From assembly GCA_000004985.1 (NCBI GenBank), contig GG738898.1: a stretch of DNA of 64,000 nt. One strand, 5' to 3'. Shown here one piece after another: positions 1-10,293 of this stretch (the first letter of the stretch is position 1; each line of letters opens with the position of its first letter). The notes beneath the pieces were generated by a model. It was not told the origin of the DNA. It worked only from the letters and a program-made list of their open reading frames with translations, and did no database searches. Source of the stretch: Naegleria gruberi. Taxonomy: Eukaryota. The translations under genes were made by a program, and so were the position numbers.

Positions 1-167
1 TAATGGATATATTTTTTAATTTCATTTCATCAACTAATTCAAATGCCTTTGTTAAATTTCCTATTTTTTTATAAAATATTAAATTATAAAATTAAATTAA
101 TAATATTAAAATTAAAATAATAAATAATAAAATTAATAAAATATTAAAATTAAAATAAAAATAAAAC

Positions 168-1147
168 AAACCTTCATGTGTAAAACCAGTAATTAAAGAA
201 TTATAATAACCATCAAAATCTTCATTACAATAATCTTTAAAAAATTGAAAAGCCTTTTCAATATTACCTTCCTTAATAAAACCTTCAATAATAATATCTT
301 TTGTTAAAGTAGGTGGTTTCATACCATATTCAGTTGACATTTGATTAAATAATTCCATTGCCATACTCATATCATTAATTAAAGCATAACCTCTAATTAA
401 AGTAGTAAATGTAAATTCATCAGGTGGAACTAAAACTTGATCAGATTCATCCATCCAATTAAATAATTCCATTGCTCTTTTCATTACAACTAAATTATGT
501 TCACATGTTGGATTAAATACTTTAATTTCTTTAATTAATCCATTTAATACTACTGTAAATGCTGATGTTCCTATATATGGTGCTGTTTGTCCATGTTCAT
601 TCTTGGCATTTCTTAAAAAATTAATTGCACCTGTTACATCACCTGTATTTATAATTATTTGTAATAATTTTGTAATTTTAGGTTTTAATTTTAATTGTAA
701 AACTATATTTTCACTTGATAATCCCATTTCATTACAATTATCAATACGTTTCTTTAATAATTTTAATAATGTTCTAGCTGTTTCAATATCTCCTACTTCT
801 TTTATAGTTTCAACTAATTTATCTAATAATGTTTCAACAACACGTAATTGTGTTTTACTTCCCTTTTCATTGGCTTTTAGAAAGAATTTAACTTCTCTAT
901 AAACTTCAAATAATGGTGATTGTTGTTTACCATCTTGATATAATTTATTAGAATTAATAATGGATCCTTCTTTTTTCATTCTTCTATAAAATTCTAATGT
1001 ATTCATAATTTCATTACGTTTTTTTAATACTTGTTCATAATTTTCAAATGTTGTTATTGTTGCTTCATTAGTTGTTGTAGTTGTAGTAGAAAAAGTAGAA
1101 GTAGAATCATCATCATCATCATTATCATCATTCATATTATTTGTAGT

Positions 1148-1178
<31 letters not shown>

Positions 1179-1231
1179 GAATTATAAAGGCTTTGAGAGG
1201 AAGGCTTGTTATTATTTCTAAAAGCCTTTAA
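168..1231 (-). CDS. Pentatricopeptide-repeat (PPR) protein, partial. The N-terminus is lost in the gap at 1232-2704, and the C-terminus probably continues past a GT donor near 167 out of the window.
   Basis: Minus-frame translation shows degenerate ~35-aa helical repeats, e.g. 'TLIRGYALINDMSMAMELFNQMSTEYGMKPPTLTKDIIIEGFIKEGNIEKAFQFF'. The track ORF 92..3436 artificially fuses it through the N-run to the PMS1 C-terminal domain. Confidence 0.55.
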
Positions 1232-2704
1232 NNNNNNNNNNNNNNNNNNNNNNNNNNNNNNNNNNNNNNNNNNNNNNNNNNNNNNNNNNNNNNNNNNNNN
1301 NNNNNNNNNNNNNNNNNNNNNNNNNNNNNNNNNNNNNNNNNNNNNNNNNNNNNNNNNNNNNNNNNNNNNNNNNNNNNNNNNNNNNNNNNNNNNNNNNNNN
1401 NNNNNNNNNNNNNNNNNNNNNNNNNNNNNNNNNNNNNNNNNNNNNNNNNNNNNNNNNNNNNNNNNNNNNNNNNNNNNNNNNNNNNNNNNNNNNNNNNNNN
1501 NNNNNNNNNNNNNNNNNNNNNNNNNNNNNNNNNNNNNNNNNNNNNNNNNNNNNNNNNNNNNNNNNNNNNNNNNNNNNNNNNNNNNNNNNNNNNNNNNNNN
1601 NNNNNNNNNNNNNNNNNNNNNNNNNNNNNNNNNNNNNNNNNNNNNNNNNNNNNNNNNNNNNNNNNNNNNNNNNNNNNNNNNNNNNNNNNNNNNNNNNNNN
1701 NNNNNNNNNNNNNNNNNNNNNNNNNNNNNNNNNNNNNNNNNNNNNNNNNNNNNNNNNNNNNNNNNNNNNNNNNNNNNNNNNNNNNNNNNNNNNNNNNNNN
1801 NNNNNNNNNNNNNNNNNNNNNNNNNNNNNNNNNNNNNNNNNNNNNNNNNNNNNNNNNNNNNNNNNNNNNNNNNNNNNNNNNNNNNNNNNNNNNNNNNNNN
1901 NNNNNNNNNNNNNNNNNNNNNNNNNNNNNNNNNNNNNNNNNNNNNNNNNNNNNNNNNNNNNNNNNNNNNNNNNNNNNNNNNNNNNNNNNNNNNNNNNNNN
2001 NNNNNNNNNNNNNNNNNNNNNNNNNNNNNNNNNNNNNNNNNNNNNNNNNNNNNNNNNNNNNNNNNNNNNNNNNNNNNNNNNNNNNNNNNNNNNNNNNNNN
2101 NNNNNNNNNNNNNNNNNNNNNNNNNNNNNNNNNNNNNNNNNNNNNNNNNNNNNNNNNNNNNNNNNNNNNNNNNNNNNNNNNNNNNNNNNNNNNNNNNNNN
2201 NNNNNNNNNNNNNNNNNNNNNNNNNNNNNNNNNNNNNNNNNNNNNNNNNNNNNNNNNNNNNNNNNNNNNNNNNNNNNNNNNNNNNNNNNNNNNNNNNNNN
2301 NNNNNNNNNNNNNNNNNNNNNNNNNNNNNNNNNNNNNNNNNNNNNNNNNNNNNNNNNNNNNNNNNNNNNNNNNNNNNNNNNNNNNNNNNNNNNNNNNNNN
2401 NNNNNNNNNNNNNNNNNNNNNNNNNNNNNNNNNNNNNNNNNNNNNNNNNNNNNNNNNNNNNNNNNNNNNNNNNNNNNNNNNNNNNNNNNNNNNNNNNNNN
2501 NNNNNNNNNNNNNNNNNNNNNNNNNNNNNNNNNNNNNNNNNNNNNNNNNNNNNNNNNNNNNNNNNNNNNNNNNNNNNNNNNNNNNNNNNNNNNNNNNNNN
2601 NNNNNNNNNNNNNNNNNNNNNNNNNNNNNNNNNNNNNNNNNNNNNNNNNNNNNNNNNNNNNNNNNNNNNNNNNNNNNNNNNNNNNNNNNNNNNNNNNNNN
2701 NNNN

Positions 2705-5132
2705 TTCTTTTTTTAATTTTTCATAATTAAATTTTTCATCACAAGCATGTTGATCTAAAATGTACAAATCATTTCTAAATATAGTAAGTATAAAACTCTT
2801 ATTAAATTGTCCTATAATTTGCATTTGTAAAAAATCTTGTTTTTTAATGGTACGTTTGGTTTCTTTTTCATTTTTAATATTTTTAATTTCAATTTTATTT
2901 TCATTTAAATTTTCAATTTTTCTCTTTTTAATATTTTTATAAATATTTAATAAATTATTTTCAATTTCATTTTCAATGGTTATATTTTTAAAATTATTAT
3001 TATTATCAATTAATTTTACATTATTTACTTCTTCATCTAAATCATCAAATTTGATTCTTGTTACTGCTAATTTCCTTTTTGGTGCAATTACTTTTTTAGT
3101 AGTTTTATTTATATTTAAATCTTCTTGTGAAGATTCTGATGATTCATTTTCATATAAATCTTTTAATTTATCATAAATTTTATTTTCATTATTTTTAATA
3201 TTAGATTTTAATTTATTTATTTTATTTTTAGTAGATTTATTTTCTTGAATATTATTTGTATTATCTAATATATTATTATTATCATTTATATTTATATTTA
3301 TATTTATATTTTCATTTTCATTTATATTTATATTTTCATTGTTATTTTCATTTTCGTTATTTTTAATATCAAATATGGAATCATTAATTATTTTACTTTC
3401 ATTATTTAAATTATTATTTAAATTATTATTAATCATTAAAGATTGTAATGAAATTGGAGTTTTTTCATTTGAATATTGTGAATTATTACTATTTATAGAA
3501 ATTGGAGATAATTCAGTAGATAAATTATAAACTCTCTTATTTGGATCTAATAATAAATTTAATTCATATTTTAATAATTGTATTATACCTTGTTCAGATA
3601 TTAAATATATTGTTCTTTTATCAGGTGTTACATTTATATCTATATTATTACTATTTATAGAAATATTTAATACAAATATAGGATATTGATTTCTATTAAA
3701 TTCTTTATATATTTCATTTATACATTTAGTTATTTTAGGTAAATCAACTGGTCCTAATTATTTTAAAATATAAATTATTAAAATATAAATTAAATTTAAA
3801 TATAAAAATATAAATTATTAAATAAATAAAAAAATAAAAAAACATACTATTATTTACATATAAAAATTGTCTATCATTTGAAGATCTTCCACATCCCTTT
3901 TCAGGTAAAGAAATAAAACCATTAATTTTAATAAAATGTGGATCATTTTGAATAAAATCAACTTTTTGTAATTTTTTAAAATCCTTCAATCCAAAAATGG
4001 AAACATAATTATCTTTTAAAGATTTACCATGTGATGTAAAAATATTTTCAAAATTATTATTTTTAAAATTACTAACAATAAAAGTAATATTATTAATTAA
4101 AGAATATGAATATACTATATTTATACATTTTGAAAATTCTCTTTTTAAATTTTTTGTAAAATCTTTATGTCGAACTGGAAAATTTTTAAATAAATTTAAA
4201 ACTTTAATTGTAGTTCCATTTTTAGAACGTAATAATTGTTCAATTTTAGTAATATTTTGATCATGATCATAATAAATTAAATTTCCTAATTTATCACTTT
4301 CTGTTTTTGTAAATATTTGTAATTCTGCCATACATGAAATTGAAGATAAGGCTTCTCCTCTAAATCCAAATGTAGAAATATTTTCCAAATCTGTAAAATT
4401 AATTAATTTAGAAGTATTATGTTTTTTAACAATATTTTCAAAATTATTTTTAGAAATTCCATTTCCATTATCAGAAACTTCAATACATTCTAATCCCATA
4501 TTTGTAAATTTAATTTCTATAAAAGTAGATGATGCATCTAATGAATTTTCAATTAATTCTTTAATTACACTTGTTAATGAAATTATAACTTGACCACTAC
4601 ATATTCTATGAATAGAATTATTACTTAATTTAGATATTATTGATTTTGATTGAAATATTTCTTCATTTGTTATTTCTTCTTCTTCTTCATCTTTATTATT
4701 TTCATCATTATTTTCAATAGGATCTTCATCATTATTATTTTCATCATTGTTATTTTCATCATCATTGTTATTATCCTCAGGTAATGGTATTACTGTTATA
4801 TTATTATTAGATTGATTTAATTTATTGTTATTAGTAGATGATGATGATGATGGAGATGAAATTAATTGATTAAATAATGAAAATGAACGATTATTATTAT
4901 TATTATTGGATGAAGATGATGATGATGATGCTATTGATGATGTAGAGGATGAAGATTGTGGTGTAGTAGTAATACATGATGATGATGAAGATGAAATCGG
5001 AGATGGTGAAGGAGATAATTCTGAAGCTATTAAATTACTTGTATTTGCTTTTCTTTTGATTGTGAGTGTTGATGTTGTCTTTTTGGTAGTGTTGTTGATG
5101 TTATTATTGTTGTTGGGTACAAGTGATGACAT
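2705..5132 (-). CDS. PMS1: DNA mismatch repair protein, PMS1/PMS2-type MutL homolog. Exon 1 is 5132..3848, intron is 3847..3754 (GTATGT...AG), exon 2 is 3753..>2705. The C-terminus is truncated by the gap.
   Basis: N-terminal GHKL ATPase motifs are 'KELIENSLDA', 'IEVSDNGNGI' and 'GFRGEALSSI'. The exon junction recreates the conserved 'DRQFLYVNN|RPVDLPKI...YPIFVLNISINSNNIDINVTPDKR', which closely matches human PMS2. The MutL C-terminal dimerisation motif 'LDQHACDEKFNYEKL' lies at 2710-2760. A long Asn/Ser-rich low-complexity linker separates the two domains. Confidence 0.9.
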
Positions 5133-5221
5133 TTTTAAATTACTAGTTATTAGTTGATTTTCCTTGTGACAATGAAAATAACGTGTTTAAATTTCTTTTT
5201 TTACAACTTTCAAGAAAAAAT

Positions 5222-5257
5222 TATCGCGATCTACAGGACTCGAACCTGTGCGGGTCT
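5222..5257 (-). tRNA. Truncated tRNA 3' half (T-arm plus acceptor 3' strand). The 5' part is missing in the 50-N gap at 5258-5307.
   Basis: Minus-strand 'ACAGGTTCGAGTCCTGT' is a perfect 5-bp T-stem with a GTTCGAGTC T-loop, followed by a 7-nt acceptor strand 'AGATCGC' and a discriminator. The anticodon is not visible, so identity is unknown. Confidence 0.5.
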
Positions 5258-5307
5258 NNNNNNNNNNNNNNNNNNNNNNNNNNNNNNNNNNNNNNNNNNN
5301 NNNNNNN

Positions 5308-6300
5308 CATTTCAGATTCATCCAATTATAGAATTAGAACTATTTTCCCAAATGGTACAATTTCAACATTTGCTGGAAATGGAATTGCTAATTTAGGACA
5401 AGATGGAGTATTAGCAACAAGTACTTCAGTTGCCATTCCAGGTTATATGGCACAAAGTTCATTGAATGGAGATGTCTATTTTGCAACAACTGTTGTTTCT
5501 TCAGTGAGAAGGATTAATACAAATAATCTAATTACAACAATTGCTGGTAATAATCAAATTGCATATAGTGGTGATGGTGGATTAGCTATTGCTGCTTCAT
5601 TTAGAATTCCATATGGTGTTGCTCTTGGAATGAATGGTGAATTGTTCATTACTGATACTAATAATAATGTTATTAGAAAGGTTTCGTCTACAATTGGAAT
5701 TATTACAACCATTGCTGGAAGTGTAACAGGTGGATATAGTGGAGATGGTGGATTGGCCATTGCTGCTAAACTATCTAGTCCTTATGGAATTGTGGTTGAC
5801 CAATTGAATGGTACAATTTATGTTTGTGATTTTGGGAATTCTCGTGTTCGTAAATTAGTGCCATATTGTACTAAGGGAACATTAGTGAATGGTAATTGTG
5901 TATATCCTGTATGTTATGATTTGGATTTTGATGATGTGAGAGTTTGTTCAGGTCATGGAAATTGTCAAAGTTCAAATCATTGTAATTGTCAAGAGGGTTG
6001 GAATGGAAGTTTAAATTGTTCAATATTTTCATGTGAAAGTATTGGAAATTGTAATGGAAATGGAAAATGTATTTCCAATAATACATGTGAATGTCAATCA
6101 GGATGGAATTCTACATTTGATTGTTCACAATTTGAATGTAATGACCTTAATAATTGTAATGGAAATGGTCAATGTATTTCTAATAGTACATGCGAATGTC
6201 AATCAGGATGGAGAGGAAATTCACAATGTTCTGCTACCAGTTGTGATGCTCTTTCTCAATGTAATGGAAATGGAAAATGTATTTCTAATAACACATGTGA
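5308..6300 (+). CDS. NHL-repeat / EGF-like (tenascin-type) repeat protein, teneurin-like. It is partial at both ends because of gaps at 5258-5307 and 6301-7225.
   Basis: Repeated 'YSGDGGLAIAA...PYGV' NHL blades. At least four tandem ~32-aa Cys-rich units 'CNGNGKCISNNTCECQSGWNS...C' are encoded by ~96-nt DNA repeats from ~5990 to 6300. Confidence 0.7.
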
Positions 6301-7225
6301 NNNNNNNNNNNNNNNNNNNNNNNNNNNNNNNNNNNNNNNNNNNNNNNNNNNNNNNNNNNNNNNNNNNNNNNNNNNNNNNNNNNNNNNNNNNNNNNNNNNN
6401 NNNNNNNNNNNNNNNNNNNNNNNNNNNNNNNNNNNNNNNNNNNNNNNNNNNNNNNNNNNNNNNNNNNNNNNNNNNNNNNNNNNNNNNNNNNNNNNNNNNN
6501 NNNNNNNNNNNNNNNNNNNNNNNNNNNNNNNNNNNNNNNNNNNNNNNNNNNNNNNNNNNNNNNNNNNNNNNNNNNNNNNNNNNNNNNNNNNNNNNNNNNN
6601 NNNNNNNNNNNNNNNNNNNNNNNNNNNNNNNNNNNNNNNNNNNNNNNNNNNNNNNNNNNNNNNNNNNNNNNNNNNNNNNNNNNNNNNNNNNNNNNNNNNN
6701 NNNNNNNNNNNNNNNNNNNNNNNNNNNNNNNNNNNNNNNNNNNNNNNNNNNNNNNNNNNNNNNNNNNNNNNNNNNNNNNNNNNNNNNNNNNNNNNNNNNN
6801 NNNNNNNNNNNNNNNNNNNNNNNNNNNNNNNNNNNNNNNNNNNNNNNNNNNNNNNNNNNNNNNNNNNNNNNNNNNNNNNNNNNNNNNNNNNNNNNNNNNN
6901 NNNNNNNNNNNNNNNNNNNNNNNNNNNNNNNNNNNNNNNNNNNNNNNNNNNNNNNNNNNNNNNNNNNNNNNNNNNNNNNNNNNNNNNNNNNNNNNNNNNN
7001 NNNNNNNNNNNNNNNNNNNNNNNNNNNNNNNNNNNNNNNNNNNNNNNNNNNNNNNNNNNNNNNNNNNNNNNNNNNNNNNNNNNNNNNNNNNNNNNNNNNN
7101 NNNNNNNNNNNNNNNNNNNNNNNNNNNNNNNNNNNNNNNNNNNNNNNNNNNNNNNNNNNNNNNNNNNNNNNNNNNNNNNNNNNNNNNNNNNNNNNNNNNN
7201 NNNNNNNNNNNNNNNNNNNNNNNNN

Positions 7226-7777
7226 TGTGATATTGATAGAAGTGAAGGTTATTGTTTACAATTAGTAGACACACCAGGTCAGGAAGAGTAAGTTTAATGA
7301 TTCATTCTCAACCCTTTAATCATTGAATTATTATTATTACTCAGTTATGACAGATTAAGACCTTTATCTTATGATAAACCATCCAAATGTCACATTTTTA
7401 TAATGTGCTATGCAATATCGAGTCCAGTAATGATGATTAAGTGTTTGGAGGATTTTTCTGATAGATTTCTTCCAGAAATTCAATCATTTTTGGATTACAA
7501 CAGGTCAGTGTTGGTAGTTGGAACAAAATCTGATATTTGTGATTATTCAAAAACAGGAGATTTTCGTTTGGGAAAATATTGGAATAGTTATTTGTGTAAA
7601 AAGTATGATTCGTATGGAAAGAAACTGTCTCAGTGGATGGGTGCTGTGAGTTATGTTACAACATCTTCGAGAGAGTTTGTTGGACTGGAAGAATTGGAAG
7701 ATTTAATTGTCAAGACGTTTATCTATTCGAAACTTATCAAAGCTCCAAACAAAAAGGAAAAATGCATATTGTGCTAA
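7226..7777 (+). CDS. Divergent Rho-family small GTPase, 3' part only. Exon is ..7287, intron is 7288..7344 (GTAAGT..CAG), exon is 7345..7777. The N-terminus is in the gap.
   Basis: Splicing gives '...CLQLVDTPGQE|DYDRLRPLSYDKPS...', a Rho switch-II variant with DTPGQE instead of DTAGQE. The C-terminus ends '...KKEKCILC', a CaaX-like box. The track ORF 5183..7291 is an artificial fusion with the NHL gene across the N-run. Confidence 0.75.
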
Positions 7778-7874
7778 GATTCTTTCATCCAATCTTAGCT
7801 TAAAAGAAATTAATACAATAATAGCTGTCACTCATCTGCAGATAAAATTTCAAAGAGTGAATAGTACGGTTTTG

Positions 7875-9638
7875 CTATTTGATTTTAAAGAACGAAATTT
7901 CAGAACAACAATCTATAGCCAAGGCAATCAAATCCATCTGTAGAAATAGAGTATTATCAAATTTGATTGTTGAACTGTTAAATTTTCGTGCTAATTCAAA
8001 GTAATCCTCTTTGTCAACTCCACACATCATTTTCCTATACTTCTCAACAAGGATATTATCAATAAGTTTAGTTTGAGGATGAATGATTGATTTTTGAATC
8101 AATTCTTCATAAATCATTTCAAAGTTAATAAGATATGTTGAACGGTTATGCTGAATGATAATGGATTCAGATAGTGTCAATTTTGAAATGAATTCTGAAA
8201 ATTTTAAACTCTTTGTTTTCAAAAAACCATCTTTGAGTGATTCTTTGTAATGTAAATAAACTGGAAAATCATAATTATTCGAAACTTCTGATTTTCTTAC
8301 ATAGATGCAAACTTGATATTTTTCATCCTCCATTTCTTCATTACTTTCTCCGATTACAATAACATCATCATGTTCATCTGGAATTTCAAAATACTCATTT
8401 TCAAAGTCCAATTGAAAGCATTTAGTAATTTCCTTATCAAAAAACCACAATTTCTTATTTCCAAAATCAATATCTTTTAAAAATTGCAAACATTCTGGCA
8501 TCACACTCTCACCATATTCTCTTATTATTAATGAGGGAAATTTAACACTCAATTTTGCAAGAGAAAGACATGATTCTCTTGTGAGTGGCACATTTTCAAC
8601 ACTGGTTTCAATAATAAATTGAGCAACATTGCAACTATCAGCACTATGGGTAGGAGAAAAGTACAACCTTTTGAAATTATTATCAAAATGAGCAACATTT
8701 AAATATTTAGAAACAGTAAAAGTATGTAACAAATTATTTGTTTTCTTTTCATATAAATAAGCTTCTCCATTCCTTGTCAAGCTAATGAAATAATGTTCAT
8801 AATATGGAATTATTGACACAATTGCTTCATCAAATGTGTCAATTTTAATTTCAATTCCAGATTTTTCATCCTTCAAGATTAAATAATGTAATTGTTCGTA
8901 ACCATTAAGTATATCTTTAAATAAAAGATATAACTGTCCCTCCTTTTCATCCACATGTAATACATCAACAATAGTATAATTTGGTTGATTTAGTTTAATT
9001 TCTCTTATTTTTGATCCATTCAATAAATCCATTACATAGATTGTATTAATATTATGTCTGATATATAGTTCATTCTTTGATTTAGCACAACACATTTCAT
9101 AGTGTGAACTAATCTTACTTTCCCAAATAGGAGATTCTGTTGAATAATCCGTCACATGATCTAATATTTTAAATTTCTTAATAATACCACCTCTTGCTCC
9201 AATATAAACATTCTCAAATTGACTGTCAATCAGATATGAACTATATAATGGTAATTTAAATTTAAGTTTCCATGATTTACATTCTGAATCAAACACATAA
9301 CATTGATTCTTGGTAGTTATGGCAATTATTAAATTATTTAATTGATTAGTTGTAACAGTAGTAATATATGAAATGGTATCATCAAGTTTTGGGAGTGTAT
9401 AATCTATTTTATGGAAATTAATATGGAGTACTTTAACTTTGTTTCCTCCGAGTTGATCTTTCAAGCCTTGAGGAATTTTTAATAAATTATCGGATAGAAT
9501 TAGTTTTACTAATTCTTGTTCATGATCTACTTGATGTTCTTCTTTTTGTGGAATTTCACATATTGTTTCAGATTTAAGCTTTTTGAAGTGATGATCAATT
9601 GAATTACTAATTTCTGGCAGTCCAGACTTTCTCTTCAT
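7875..9638 (-). CDS. Hypothetical protein of 587 aa with no recognisable motif, possibly beta-propeller-like.
   Basis: Long uninterrupted ORF with moderate AT content and coherent codon usage. Confidence 0.6.
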   Translation of the reverse strand: MKRKSGLPEISNSIDHHFKKLKSETICEIPQKEEHQVDHEQELVKLILSDNLLKIPQGLKDQLGGNKVKVLHINFHKIDYTLPKLDDTISYITTVTTNQLNNLIIAITTKNQCYVFDSECKSWKLKFKLPLYSSYLIDSQFENVYIGARGGIIKKFKILDHVTDYSTESPIWESKISSHYEMCCAKSKNELYIRHNINTIYVMDLLNGSKIREIKLNQPNYTIVDVLHVDEKEGQLYLLFKDILNGYEQLHYLILKDEKSGIEIKIDTFDEAIVSIIPYYEHYFISLTRNGEAYLYEKKTNNLLHTFTVSKYLNVAHFDNNFKRLYFSPTHSADSCNVAQFIIETSVENVPLTRESCLSLAKLSVKFPSLIIREYGESVMPECLQFLKDIDFGNKKLWFFDKEITKCFQLDFENEYFEIPDEHDDVIVIGESNEEMEDEKYQVCIYVRKSEVSNNYDFPVYLHYKESLKDGFLKTKSLKFSEFISKLTLSESIIIQHNRSTYLINFEMIYEELIQKSIIHPQTKLIDNILVEKYRKMMCGVDKEDYFELARKFNSSTIKFDNTLFLQMDLIALAIDCCSEISFFKIK

Positions 9639-10293
9639 TTTTTTTGTAGTTTTTAATATTAAAAAATAATACCAAAATAAAGATCAGCAAGGCTACACTT
9701 TTAAAAAGCAATAAATAAACTCGCTTGTTAGCTATCTTTATTCTTCAATAACCTGAACAAACAAGATTCGTCCAAGAACTCTTGAATTCACTGTTCATAC
9801 AGTCAAAGACTGTAGCGGGATTGTCGCCATATTCCTGGCAGGCTTCCCGTCTAAATCATTAAGTNNNNNNNNNNNNNNNNNNNNNNNNNNNNNNNNNNNN
9901 NNNNNNNNNNNNNNCTCCACACTTTTAGTTTCAAATTGACTGATTTGCTGAGACCTCAATTGAGTGATGAGGAATTACTGTCCATTGATTTTGAAAATAA
10001 CTCACCATATTCGTATGTGGTTAATGTAACTTCACATGAGGGCTCACACCACACTTTAAACTGATTTCCACATTCAAACCAATCTTTCTAAGGCATCCCT
10101 CAACATGTTGACGCATTCAGCCGCTAATCAACTTGCCAAACAAGGAATATTGATTAAATGTATTGATGGTGCTTACAGAATTTTACATCCAATCCTCACC
10201 AATTCCACCAGTTATGGTAAATTATTCAAAGACTATAAAGTTGTTGAGTGGTAGCTTTGCTTGTACTGGCAAGAAACTTAGCAAATTATTAGT

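Noticed and set aside
603-1231. Plus-strand ORFs (99 and 66 aa) in the PPR region
   Set aside because: They lie antisense to the PPR CDS and are low-complexity products of AT-rich DNA.
92-3436. A 1114-aa ORF that appears to be one giant protein
   Set aside because: It reads through a 1473-nt N-run (1232-2704), which happens to be a multiple of 3. It fuses the PMS1 C-terminal domain to an unrelated PPR protein. The same artefact affects ORFs 5183..7291, 26399..27427, 29324..30859, 35034..36521, 41308..42006 and others whose translations contain X-runs.
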